From the NCBI GenBank assembly GCA_046160675.1, contig JBJXHH010000131.1:6198-70197 (forward strand): a DNA stretch of 64,000 nucleotides, given 5' to 3'. Position numbers and translations under genes: made by a program. Each line of letters begins with the position of its first letter. The stretch's first letter is position 1. The notes below the pieces were generated by a model. That model did no database searches. It was given only the letters and a program-made list of their open reading frames with translations, and had not been told where the DNA came from. This DNA is from Chitinophagales bacterium. Lineage in GTDB: Bacteria; Bacteroidota; Bacteroidia; Chitinophagales; BACL12. Of this stretch, positions 9,545-18,728 are shown one piece after another.

Positions 9545-9763
9545 TTATTTTAATAGTGAATCAGCATCTACTATTGAATCTACTTTCTCTTCAATTTTTT
9601 CGTAACCTTCTTTCACCCCTTCATTTACTTCTTCTAGCTCTTCAGCAGCATTTTCTAAAGCATCATTATCCTTTTTTGAATTCTCCGATTTACAGGAAAA
9701 GTTGAGTGTAAAAATTAATGCAAGCGCCAGTATGAGGAAAAAGTTTTTAAATTTTGTTTTCAT
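9545..9763 (-). CDS. Hypothetical small acidic lipoprotein
   Basis: 72 aa with a signal peptide and lipobox-like LNFSC, then a Glu/Asp/Lys-rich helical tail. Confidence 0.5.
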   Translation of the reverse strand: MKTKFKNFFLILALALIFTLNFSCKSENSKKDNDALENAAEELEEVNEGVKEGYEKIEEKVDSIVDADSLLK

Positions 9764-10040
9764 AAACCTGTTTTAGAATTACAGAAACAGAATTTATGCC
9801 TCAGGATTAAGCTTTGCGTAAAATGCATGTAAACAGATTACTTATATCATTTATTACAGAGAATTGCCGGGACTCAGTAATACATGATTATTTGAAAAAG
9901 GGAAATTATTTACCCAACATGTGTCAATATTTTTTAGATGGCCCTCTGCAAATCTTTTGATGATGCAGAAAAAGCTGCTGGCATGATTTTTCAAAAACAT
10001 ATAACAAATAAATTATTAAACAATCTAAAATTTTTAAAGT

Positions 10041-10289
10041 ATGAACGCAAAACAAATAGCAATGGCATTTATGGCAGGGCTTGCTGCCGGAGCTGCAATC
10101 GGGATTTTATTTGCCCCTGAGGCCGGAAATGAATCAAGAACAAAAATTAAAGAAAAGGCCGGAAAATTAGGGGAATTCCTGAAACGTAAAACAGATGAGC
10201 TGAGGGGCGCTGCTGAAGATCTTGCTGACCAGGCACAGGACATGACTGAAAAAGTTTACAACAAATCGAGCTCAAAAGTAAATTCATAA
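10041..10289 (+). CDS. YtxH domain protein (general-stress-type)
   Basis: 82 aa with an N-terminal helix carrying the YtxH signature GLAAGAAIGILFAPEAGNESR, followed by a charged coiled tail. Confidence 0.8.
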   Translation: MNAKQIAMAFMAGLAAGAAIGILFAPEAGNESRTKIKEKAGKLGEFLKRKTDELRGAAEDLADQAQDMTEKVYNKSSSKVNS

Positions 10290-10306
10290 TTTTTTAAGTT
10301 CATTTT

Positions 10307-10657
10307 ATGAATGACACGAAAAAAGCAGTTCAGATTTTTGTTGCTGATCTGAAGGAGTATGTTGACACAAGAGTAGACATTACTTCATTAACGGCAACTG
10401 AAAAGTCAGCGGGAGTATTAAGCACCTTGATAACGAAAGGTGCTTTAATTCTCTTTCTCGCCTTTGCAATCTTTTTCGGATCATTAGGCCTGGCGATCTA
10501 TATCGGATACAGCAGCGGGAATTTAACAAGCGGGTTTTTATGGGTGGCTGGTGGTTATGCTATTATTGTTATCGTTTTACTGATCGTAAAAGACAGTTGG
10601 CTCAAAACTCCCATATTAAATGCGCTGATAAAACAATTCTTCACCGATGGCAAATAA
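10307..10657 (+). CDS. Two-TM membrane protein, holin-X (Phage_holin_3_6)-like
   Basis: 116 aa with a cytoplasmic N-terminus and two long hydrophobic helices. It sits 17 nt after the ytxH-like gene. The family call is from memory of this conserved pairing. Confidence 0.5.
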   Translation: MNDTKKAVQIFVADLKEYVDTRVDITSLTATEKSAGVLSTLITKGALILFLAFAIFFGSLGLAIYIGYSSGNLTSGFLWVAGGYAIIVIVLLIVKDSWLKTPILNALIKQFFTDGK

Positions 10658-11009
10658 TACCTATCAAATAAAAAATGCTGATGACCTGAAAGCCGAAATA
10701 CAAAGGCTTAGAATCTTAAGAGACCAGCAGGAGCAGCAATTGAAAGAAAGTTTTGATGCGTTGCACGAAAGCATGAACGTTGAAAATATTACTAAGCTTG
10801 CCTTTCAATCACTGATGAAGAATGTGAAAACCGATGAAAATATTGCTAAGCAGGGTATTATGCTCGGGGCCCATGTGCTTGTAGATGATATTCTTTTCAG
10901 GAACAAAGGCTCTGTAACAAAATTTGTTGCGGAGAACGTTGTAAAACTTGCTGCTAATTTTTTATTGAAAAAAAGGGCGAAAACCAATTCAGTGAAAGCT
11001 GAAGATTAA
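10647..11009 (+). CDS. Hypothetical protein, third member of the YtxH cluster
   Basis: 120-aa ORF whose ATG overlaps the upstream gene by 11 nt (atggcaaataa), suggesting translational coupling. Predicted helical. Confidence 0.55.
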   Translation: MANNTYQIKNADDLKAEIQRLRILRDQQEQQLKESFDALHESMNVENITKLAFQSLMKNVKTDENIAKQGIMLGAHVLVDDILFRNKGSVTKFVAENVVKLAANFLLKKRAKTNSVKAED

Positions 11010-11055
11010 TTAGTTACCCAATATTTTCATGAAACCCTGAAAAACCGGATCTGAT

Positions 11056-12216
11056 ATGATCATCACTCAGCAACCATTTTATGTAAAAGCAGCAGCAATA
11101 CTCTTGTCGCTGGCAATTATCATTACCTTACTGATAGTTGGCAAGCCGGTTTTAGTTCCGCTGATCATTTCCATCTACATAGCAATTTTATTTATTCCTA
11201 TTTGTAATTTCATGGAACGCATTAAATTACCCAGGCTAACATCTGCTGCATTAGTTGTAATAACTGCATGGGTGATTTTAGGCACTATAATCTACATGTT
11301 TACTAGGCAAATTTTTGATTTTACATCAGACATGGATGTGATGAAACAAAAGTTAGATGAATACATTGTGAGCGTAAAAGATTATGTAGAAAGTGTTACA
11401 GGAACTGAACCGATGCAGAATATAGATAACGTTGATGAGGCTGTTGAAGAGGTGATGAGCAATGGTGCAGAAGGCATGGGTTCAAGTGTTGTGGATGTCT
11501 TGAGTTTACTGATCTGGCTCATCATCGTTCCTATTCTTGTTTTTCTTTTACTGATATACAGGAAATTTTTGCGGGAATTTCTTGAAAAGGCGCTTACAGT
11601 TCATAAAAAAGAAGACGAAAAAACATTTGAAGAAATAATTATAAATATTAAACAACTTGTTCAGTCATACATTACCGGGATGTTTATCGTGATGGTAATA
11701 TTAGCGGCAATGAATTATGCGGTGCTGCTCGCTTTCAACCTTGAAAATGCAATATTTTTTGCAATTGTTGCTGCAGCATTGAATGTATTACCATACCTGG
11801 GGCCGCTTATAGGGGCATTGCTTGCATCTTTTTATGCACTCCTCACAAAAGACAATGCACTCACCCCGCTGTTTATCTACGCCTCCATGCAGGGCATTCA
11901 GTTAATTGAGGGAAATTTTTTAACACCAAGAATTGTAGGCAGTAAAGTAGATATAAACCCGCTCATTGCTATTCTTGCAATATTCGTTGGCAATCTGATC
12001 TGGGGTATTGCAGGCATGATCCTGATTATCCCTACAGTAGCCATTCTTAAACTCATCTTTTCACAGATATCAGAATTAGAACCGTATGCATTTCTCATTG
12101 GTACAGTTTCTACGGGTGATGACACCGAATCAAAATTCATTAATAAACAGGTTCGCCAGTTAGAGAAATTTGTTCCGCATAAAAGAACTGCTAAGAAAAT
12201 GCCAGGGGCTAAATAA
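11056..12216 (+). CDS. AI-2E family transporter (PerM/YhhT-like permease)
   Basis: 386 aa with about 8 TM segments. Characteristic region LNVLPYLGPLIGALLA...IEGNFLTPRIVGSKVDINPL. Confidence 0.8.
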   Translation: MIITQQPFYVKAAAILLSLAIIITLLIVGKPVLVPLIISIYIAILFIPICNFMERIKLPRLTSAALVVITAWVILGTIIYMFTRQIFDFTSDMDVMKQKLDEYIVSVKDYVESVTGTEPMQNIDNVDEAVEEVMSNGAEGMGSSVVDVLSLLIWLIIVPILVFLLLIYRKFLREFLEKALTVHKKEDEKTFEEIIINIKQLVQSYITGMFIVMVILAAMNYAVLLAFNLENAIFFAIVAAALNVLPYLGPLIGALLASFYALLTKDNALTPLFIYASMQGIQLIEGNFLTPRIVGSKVDINPLIAILAIFVGNLIWGIAGMILIIPTVAILKLIFSQISELEPYAFLIGTVSTGDDTESKFINKQVRQLEKFVPHKRTAKKMPGAK

Positions 12217-12394
12217 AAATGTTTTCTGTTTTTGAGGCAACAACTCTACAATTTGAGTTTTATTCTTCCTGCCACAAAAAGGGGCAATTTTGAAAACCCT
12301 TTATTCATGGCTATTTTACTCTATCGAAAATTGTGGCTTTATTTTTTTATGTATGACAATGAAACTGATTAAATAACAACTAAAACTTACAATT

Positions 12395-12679
12395 ATGACT
12401 AACAAAAAAGATGAAAGAACAATTCAAAACCCGGTGAAGCAAAACCACAAATTGGAGGACAAACCAAATCATACGATTACGAGTGAAACTCCAGAAAATG
12501 AAACAAGACTAATGGAAGAAGAAAGAAGGCGTATGGACGAAGAAAAAAGACGGAAAGATGAAGAACAGGAACCTGTAGCTGAAAATACCGAAGTGACAGA
12601 TGAAACAGAGCAAGAGGATCCTGCAGAACAAACAGATATGAACAGGACAAGAACAGATAAAAAAACGGAAATTTATTAA
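12395..12679 (+). CDS. Hypothetical highly charged, probably disordered protein
   Basis: 94-aa ORF rich in E/R/K/D/T (MEEERRRMDEEKRRKDEEQE). Coding status is uncertain. Confidence 0.35.
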   Translation: MTNKKDERTIQNPVKQNHKLEDKPNHTITSETPENETRLMEEERRRMDEEKRRKDEEQEPVAENTEVTDETEQEDPAEQTDMNRTRTDKKTEIY

Positions 12680-12773
12680 GTATTATCACAAAGTAGGTTG
12701 AGTGAGCAGGCGTTACGCTTCTGTATCGCCTGCATTTTTAAAACACTGCGACCTGCAAAACAAGAAAAGAAAA

Positions 12774-13154
12774 ATGAAAACAATTAAAAGCATTATAATT
12801 TTATTTTCTTTTGCTATCACACACACATTTTCTTTTTCCCAAACCCGTGCAATTGTTGCTGAAAACCTGGTAATCTCTATCCCGGTTGATTCACAAGTGG
12901 TTAAACAATACTTGTTGGATCTATCTGCTATTCCCTTTACAACCGCTGAACAAATGGAGATGTTTTTTGAAGGACATAAAGACGATGTTGTAGATTTTTT
13001 GATCAATAGAACCGAACGTAAAGTCTATATGATCCTGAATCTTGATCGTATATCAAGAGAAAAATGGGCCGTAAAAGACATTAACCGTTACCTGGAGGCA
13101 AAAGCTGTGAAAATGCGGGAAGTATACTTGACCCTACCGGTAGAAAATAAATAA
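12774..13154 (+). CDS. Hypothetical secreted protein
   Basis: I prefer ATG at 12774, which gives a signal peptide (MKTIKSIIILFSFAITHTFSFSQ). The listed ORF start at 12702 adds 24 non-signal residues. Confidence 0.5.
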   Translation: MKTIKSIIILFSFAITHTFSFSQTRAIVAENLVISIPVDSQVVKQYLLDLSAIPFTTAEQMEMFFEGHKDDVVDFLINRTERKVYMILNLDRISREKWAVKDINRYLEAKAVKMREVYLTLPVENK

Positions 13155-13195
13155 CGAATAAAAGATACCCTCTTGGTAGAAGGGGTTAGTTTGAT

Positions 13196-13232
13196 GCACA
13201 AGCCGGATACTCCATCCGGTTTTGTGCTTTTA
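13196..13232 (+). terminator. Rho-independent terminator between convergent genes
   Basis: Long imperfect hairpin gcacaagccggat / atccggttttgtgc (13196-13227), followed by ttttat. Confidence 0.65.
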
Positions 13233-13236
13233 TAAC

Positions 13237-14436
13237 TTATCTGTTAAATGAAAAAAGTTGGGCGTAAGGATTTTGTTTCTGCAAGATCTGATCTCTGATA
13301 AGTTGAGCGGCAATCATGCTAAAGGTAATTCCGTTGCCACCGAAGCCACAGGCAAAATACGTATGCGGAATGTTTTTATAAGTACCAATGTAAGGCAAAC
13401 CGTCCTTTGTTTCGCCGAAGGTTCCTGCCCAGGTGAAATCGGGAATTATACGAAGTGCTGGATATAACATCTGAAATTTATTTTTTAACTGACCTGCTCT
13501 TTTATCCATCAAAAGACTACGTAATGCTGCATTTTTAAATTTACTATCCATGCCCCCGATTATAAGACGCTTATCATTTGTGCTGCGGAAATACAGATAA
13601 GGCCTTGCTGTTTCCCAGAAGATGGTGTTTATAAAATGAGTGGGAAGGGTTTCAATGGGTTGAGTTATAAAAGCAAATGTAGAATTGAGATTTACGATCT
13701 TTTTACTGATCATTTCCTGTGATTCATACCCCGTGGCATATATTAACTTGTTACATTTTATCACATTGCCCCATTGTGTTTTTACATGAATGCCGGCTTT
13801 TACATATTTTATTTTTACAGCTTCAGTTAAAGCAAAAACTTCAAGCCCTTTTTGTATGTTATGCTGTAGGAGTTTGTGTGTAAGTGAATACGCATCAAGC
13901 ATTGCAGCATTTTCTGATAAAATTGCTGCATCAGCAGATAAATTGAATTTATGCTTCAGATCTTCTTTATTGAGCCAGGAGACAGCAAGGTTCATCCCTT
14001 TTCTTGCAATGTATTCTTCCCGCAAGTGTTTTACATCTTTTTTTGAGGAAGAAAAATAAAGGGAGGTTTTTTTCTGAACGGAATCATCTTGTAACAGTTT
14101 GCCAAGTTTCAGCACTTCGGTTACAGCTTCATCGCTTAAACGATATGCAGTAATAGAAGCATTTTCTCCCTTCAGTTTTATTAATTCAGATAAAGGGGTA
14201 TCAATCTCATATTGAATGAGTGAAGTGCTTGAACAAGTGCTGCCCATGCCAATATGCCTTTTTTCAATGACGGTACAATGTAAACCCGCCTTTGTAAAAT
14301 AATGCGCAGTAATGGCACCGGTTATTCCTCCGCCTATAATAAGCACATCTGTTCTATGATCCTGTGTGAGTGAAGCATAATGATGTAAAATTCCATTTTT
14401 CATCAGCCAGTAAGGTTGGCCTGAAACTAAATCCAT
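13237..14436 (-). CDS. FAD-dependent oxidoreductase (DAO family)
   Basis: 399 aa with an N-terminal Rossmann motif DVLIIGGGITGAITAHYF. Overall length and C-terminal GFGGNGITF are typical of DAO-type amine/glycine oxidase-like enzymes. Confidence 0.75.
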   Translation of the reverse strand: MDLVSGQPYWLMKNGILHHYASLTQDHRTDVLIIGGGITGAITAHYFTKAGLHCTVIEKRHIGMGSTCSSTSLIQYEIDTPLSELIKLKGENASITAYRLSDEAVTEVLKLGKLLQDDSVQKKTSLYFSSSKKDVKHLREEYIARKGMNLAVSWLNKEDLKHKFNLSADAAILSENAAMLDAYSLTHKLLQHNIQKGLEVFALTEAVKIKYVKAGIHVKTQWGNVIKCNKLIYATGYESQEMISKKIVNLNSTFAFITQPIETLPTHFINTIFWETARPYLYFRSTNDKRLIIGGMDSKFKNAALRSLLMDKRAGQLKNKFQMLYPALRIIPDFTWAGTFGETKDGLPYIGTYKNIPHTYFACGFGGNGITFSMIAAQLIRDQILQKQNPYAQLFSFNR

Positions 14437-14883
14437 AATACAATATTATAGGAACTATGTACAAATGTTGGGCTTGAAATTCAGCTCTAACAGAAAGACT
14501 TCCAAAAGGGTTTGCCATAAAATATTTTGCATAATGAGGCAAAAATTTCCCCGATCATGCAAATAAATGGAAATACAGTAGCTAAGGTGTAACAGTAGCT
14601 GGTATGCAAAATACACAATATTTCAGGCTCTACTGGTGGTTTGAGAATATGTAAAGTAATATAAACGTTTTGGCATGAAGTTCATCTATTTTTTATATAA
14701 AAAATATAGTCAGACTCGGCAAAAAGAGGCGTCTTGAAAAAATTAATCCTGAAGAACTTTTTGAAGATGGACTCAGACATGTGTTCCGGAAAGGGAACGA
14801 ACACCCGTTGCCAGGAAATCTGAATTATAAAGCATTGAATAAAAAGTATAATTATTTTTTTATCATAAAAAAAACAAAATACA

Positions 14884-15360
14884 ATGGATACATTACAAGT
14901 GGGCGTAAATGAAAAAAGAATTACAGCCTTAAACGATCTTATTCGTATTAACAACGACAGGTATGAAGGATATACCACCGCAGCAAAGGAAAATAGACAT
15001 GCAGACCTGGATATTTTGTTCAAGGACTTTGCGCATAAAAGTAAAAACTATGCGCTCAGGCTCACTGAGCATGTAGTAAAATGTGCGGGCAGCCCTGAAA
15101 CAGGGACAACAAATTCAGGAAAATTGTATCGCATGTGGATGGATCTGAAAGCTGTAGTAACCAGGGATGACAGAAAAGCTATACTCTCATCCTGTGAATT
15201 TGGTGAAGATGCTGCTTTAAAAATGTATGATAAAGTAATGAATGATGAAGAACTGAGTTTTGAGACTGAAGTTACAGATCTCCTTCGGATGCAACGCAGC
15301 GAATTGCAAATGGCACATGATAAAATTAAGATGCTGCGGGAAAATGCAAAAAAAATCTAA
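14884..15360 (+). CDS. PA2169/DUF2383-family four-helix-bundle (ferritin-like) protein
   Basis: 158 aa. Motifs LNDLIRINNDRYEGY, GTTNSGKLYRMWMDLKA and CEFGEDAALKMY match the family pattern as I recall it. Confidence 0.7.
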   Translation: MDTLQVGVNEKRITALNDLIRINNDRYEGYTTAAKENRHADLDILFKDFAHKSKNYALRLTEHVVKCAGSPETGTTNSGKLYRMWMDLKAVVTRDDRKAILSSCEFGEDAALKMYDKVMNDEELSFETEVTDLLRMQRSELQMAHDKIKMLRENAKKI

Positions 15361-15374
15361 TAAAGTCTAATCTG

Positions 15375-15716
15375 ATGGAAAAACCTGACAGAATGACTAC
15401 GCTTACTGAAGTACTGGAGAAATTGCGCATAAAAAATTATGCAAATGAATTCAAGATGGAAGAAGGGAAATTTACAATCGGTAATGGAAAATTTTATGAG
15501 CCCGAAAACCTGCAGATCATAAAGACCTACCGGTTTGAAGGAGATTCAAACCCTGCTGATTCTATTGCGCTGTATTTAATAGAAGCAAATGATGGATTGA
15601 TCGGGTATACTATTGATGCCTACGGTGCCCAAAGCAACCATGAAGATGATGGATATGATGAATTCCTTGTGCGTATTCCTGTACAGGACAGAGAAGAGCA
15701 AATGATCTTTTCATAA
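15375..15716 (+). CDS. Conserved hypothetical protein (family sometimes mislabelled as PRPP synthetase in Bacteroidota)
   Basis: 113 aa. The pattern TLTEVLEKLRIKNYANEF...YRFEGDSNPADSIALYLIE...GYTIDAYG resembles a small conserved Bacteroidota family. It lies 14 nt after the previous gene. Confidence 0.55.
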   Translation: MEKPDRMTTLTEVLEKLRIKNYANEFKMEEGKFTIGNGKFYEPENLQIIKTYRFEGDSNPADSIALYLIEANDGLIGYTIDAYGAQSNHEDDGYDEFLVRIPVQDREEQMIFS

Positions 15717-15743
15717 TTTTCTTATTACAAACCAACAATTGCT

Positions 15744-15776
15744 AACCCGGCGCCTTTTGATGCCGGGTTTTCTTTT
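15744..15776 (+). terminator. Rho-independent terminator
   Basis: Stem aacccggc (15744-15751) pairs with gccgggtt (15762-15769), followed by tttctttt. Confidence 0.75.
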
Positions 15777-15913
15777 ATATAGTAGCAAGAGATAATTCAT
15801 AACAAATTCCCAAAAAGAGAAATATACTTCCCAAAGTATTTGAAATTATTTCGTGTAGCATCGGCATTTTACTTCAGGGCATATAATTGGATGTATTATA
15901 AAGAAACCCTGTT

Positions 15914-16534
15914 ATGCGTATTCAAAAATTTATGTGCACAGTATATTTCATCATCACATTCAATTTATTAAATGCGCAGTATATATCTGTAGGCCCAATA
16001 ATATCTTTTGGAAGTTCATTTATTTCTTTGGGTGATGATGTCGACCTGGTAAATGTAAAATTCCATCCGAACTGGAACGGCGGTGTAATGCTTGTGTACA
16101 GCACGGTCAGTAATCTCGGTTTTGGAGCAGATATAATTTATTCAAGAGAAGGTGGCAGTATTAATGAAGTAGTATCTGGAATTACTTTGGAAAAAGCAAC
16201 TGATATTGACTATGTGCGGGTGCCGCTGAAAGTAATTTGGTTCTTTAATGAATACGGCAACCCTATTCGTCCTAAAATCTTTTTAGGTCCGCAGTTGGCT
16301 TACATGTTTAAAGCGGAAACTGAAGGCATAGATGTAAAAGAGGATTACAATGTTTTTGACGTAGGAATTGTTGCCGGAGGAGGAGCTAATTTTAAACTTG
16401 CAGAAGCTATCTGGCTAAATACTGATATTCATTATTACCACGGATTGGTGGACATTACTGCTGATGATTTTGCTGACGAAATAAATTTGAACAGCAATAT
16501 AGGATTTAGTATTGGAGTTGCTTTCGGAATATAG
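15914..16534 (+). CDS. Outer-membrane beta-barrel protein (porin/OmpW-like family)
   Basis: 206 aa with a signal peptide (FNLLNAQ). Alternating hydrophobic beta-strand pattern with Gly/aromatic-rich strands (GADIIYSREGG, VRVPLKVIWFF, GFSIGVAFGI). Confidence 0.65.
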   Translation: MRIQKFMCTVYFIITFNLLNAQYISVGPIISFGSSFISLGDDVDLVNVKFHPNWNGGVMLVYSTVSNLGFGADIIYSREGGSINEVVSGITLEKATDIDYVRVPLKVIWFFNEYGNPIRPKIFLGPQLAYMFKAETEGIDVKEDYNVFDVGIVAGGGANFKLAEAIWLNTDIHYYHGLVDITADDFADEINLNSNIGFSIGVAFGI

Positions 16535-16594
16535 GGTTTGTTTTTTAATTGTTTAAGGTATTACTCATCTCGGGTTTGATCTGAAATCTTCTTT

Positions 16595-17569
16595 TTATTC
16601 TGAAACAACTTCTTTTTTCTGTTCAGTGATATGCACACCATCCACTTCAATCTCTTTCTTTTTAATATATACTGCATAACGTTTAGGTGTTATGCTTCCG
16701 TTTTTTCTCTTTACATACACTTGGGTAAACTCAGCACCGAAGTAAAGAATAAGAGCAGTATAATACACCCAAGCAAGAATCAAGATCACACTTCCTGCGG
16801 CACCATAAGTTGTATCAAGTGAAGAGTTTTTTAGATAAAATCCAATAAGTATCTTGCCGATAGTAAATAGTACGGCCGTAAACAAAGCACCTCTCCATGC
16901 GAACCCCCACTGCACTTTGGCATCGGGCAAAATTTTAAAGATGAGTGTGAACAAACCTGTGATGATGAGTAGTGAAACAACAAATGACACAAGCGAAAAT
17001 ACCTGGTCTGCAATAGGGATGAAATCATGCAGCCTGTCATTAAATATTGATATAAGAGAGTTTATGATTAATGTTACTAACAACAAAAAACCAAAAGTAA
17101 GGATCATGGAAAAGGAAATAAAACGGTTTACAATATACCATAGCCATTTTCTTTTCGGTTTCGCTTTAACACTCCATATATAATTGATAGAGGATTGAAT
17201 TTCGCCAAATACCCCCGTTGCGCCGAGAAATAATGTTATGATGGCAATAATTGATGAAATTGTTGAATTGTCTTTTGAGTGTACATTCTTAATAATGTTT
17301 TCTATATCATCTGCGCCTTTATTTCCTAAAAAACTCCCGATAGTAGAATATACTTCAGACTCTACGGTTTCCCTGCTTAGAATATTGCTGAAAATGCTGA
17401 TGATGAGCAAAATAAGTGGGGGTAATGAGAATATTGTATAATAAGCAAGTGATGCGCTGAGTTTTGTAACACTATCACTTTTGAATTCAGAAAAAGTTTG
17501 CTTCAGCAACTTAAAAAAACCCAACCCCGTTTCTCTTAATCTGATCTTATTTTTTATCTTTTTTTCCAT
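16595..17569 (-). CDS. YihY/BrkB-family membrane protein
   Basis: Signature LSASLAYYTIFSLPPLILL and 6 TM helices. I prefer the internal ATG at 17569 (MEKKIKNK...). The listed start at 17659 would overlap the upstream gene by 113 nt. Confidence 0.8.
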   Translation of the reverse strand: MEKKIKNKIRLRETGLGFFKLLKQTFSEFKSDSVTKLSASLAYYTIFSLPPLILLIISIFSNILSRETVESEVYSTIGSFLGNKGADDIENIIKNVHSKDNSTISSIIAIITLFLGATGVFGEIQSSINYIWSVKAKPKRKWLWYIVNRFISFSMILTFGFLLLVTLIINSLISIFNDRLHDFIPIADQVFSLVSFVVSLLIITGLFTLIFKILPDAKVQWGFAWRGALFTAVLFTIGKILIGFYLKNSSLDTTYGAAGSVILILAWVYYTALILYFGAEFTQVYVKRKNGSITPKRYAVYIKKKEIEVDGVHITEQKKEVVSE

Positions 17570-18725
17570 CAGATTTTTCTTTATCCTTTTTAAATATGCG
17601 ATCAAGTAATCCGCCATTGTCATCAGTTTGCTCACCCACTGTTGTGATGTCAACGTCATAGTCTAAAGATTCAGCAAGGGCCCGTATAAATGCATTGCGC
17701 AATAATTCAGCAATTGCAGTTAATACTTCTGTATCAGGATTTTCAAACTTTCCTTCTATTGGAATTTTCGTTGCCACCTGGTCTTCTTTTTTATTTTCCA
17801 GCAATTTTCCGGCACCGCCAACTATTCCTTCCCATGCTTTTCTTAAAAACGGATCTTGTTTATCTTCTTTTCCCAGAACATCCAGATCTTTTATAACAGG
17901 TTTAACGTATCCTGCAAATTCGCCTTCTTTTCCTGCAAACTCTACGTATAATCCCATACTCCCTTTATTTACATCAACATTTGCATAGGCCTGAAAAAAT
18001 TCATTCAGCAAAACAAGATTTGTATTTTCAAGATTCAGGTTCATATCGAATGCAGGTTGCTTTGCAAGCGCATTTAACTTCATTTTCATATTGAGTTTTC
18101 CTTCGTACAGGTCAGCGTTAGCGGTAACGTTTGATGGAAGAAATGCAGTGGAGTCATAAGAATTTTTGAGATTCGTTGCCAGGATGTAAGTATTGGTAAG
18201 TGCAATATCTACCGGCGGGGCAGAAAGCGGATCAACATAATGTATGCTGCCATTTTTAACTTCAATTTTATTTACTTGTAGCGGCATAAAATCTTTTAAC
18301 AGATCACGAAAATCGGAAGTGTCAGTTTCTAATTGTTTCGGTTCAGTTTTATCCTTTGTTATTTTAAGCGAAGTATTTATAAACAATAATTTTCCAACAA
18401 TCTCTCCATTAAACAATGCTTTCCATTCCAGGGAGAGATCAATTAACTCAGCATCAAAAAAATCAGTTTGTTTACCAGTAAGTGTATCTTTTTTATTCAG
18501 ATAGATATCATTGATCTGGTATGCGCCCCTGATAAGAGCCAGGTCAATATCATCAATATGCCCGTAATAATCTTTCATGTTTGCAAGAGTTTTATTTGCG
18601 TAATGCAGAATGATGTAAGGCAGGAGCAGGCGTATAATAATAAGCACACCAACAATGATAAAGAATATCCTCCACCATTTTTTCCTTCTCGTTTTTTTGT
18701 CAAATTGTTTCTTTTCCTTTTTCAT
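17547..18725 (-). CDS. DUF748-like envelope protein (AsmA-related)
   Basis: 392 aa with an N-terminal TM anchor (WWRIFFIIVGVLIIIRLLL), then a beta-rich periplasmic region. It lies 3 nt downstream of the AsmA-like gene. The family call is from memory. Confidence 0.5.
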   Translation of the reverse strand: MKKEKKQFDKKTRRKKWWRIFFIIVGVLIIIRLLLPYIILHYANKTLANMKDYYGHIDDIDLALIRGAYQINDIYLNKKDTLTGKQTDFFDAELIDLSLEWKALFNGEIVGKLLFINTSLKITKDKTEPKQLETDTSDFRDLLKDFMPLQVNKIEVKNGSIHYVDPLSAPPVDIALTNTYILATNLKNSYDSTAFLPSNVTANADLYEGKLNMKMKLNALAKQPAFDMNLNLENTNLVLLNEFFQAYANVDVNKGSMGLYVEFAGKEGEFAGYVKPVIKDLDVLGKEDKQDPFLRKAWEGIVGGAGKLLENKKEDQVATKIPIEGKFENPDTEVLTAIAELLRNAFIRALAESLDYDVDITTVGEQTDDNGGLLDRIFKKDKEKSDGKKDKK

Positions 18726-18728
18726 ACT

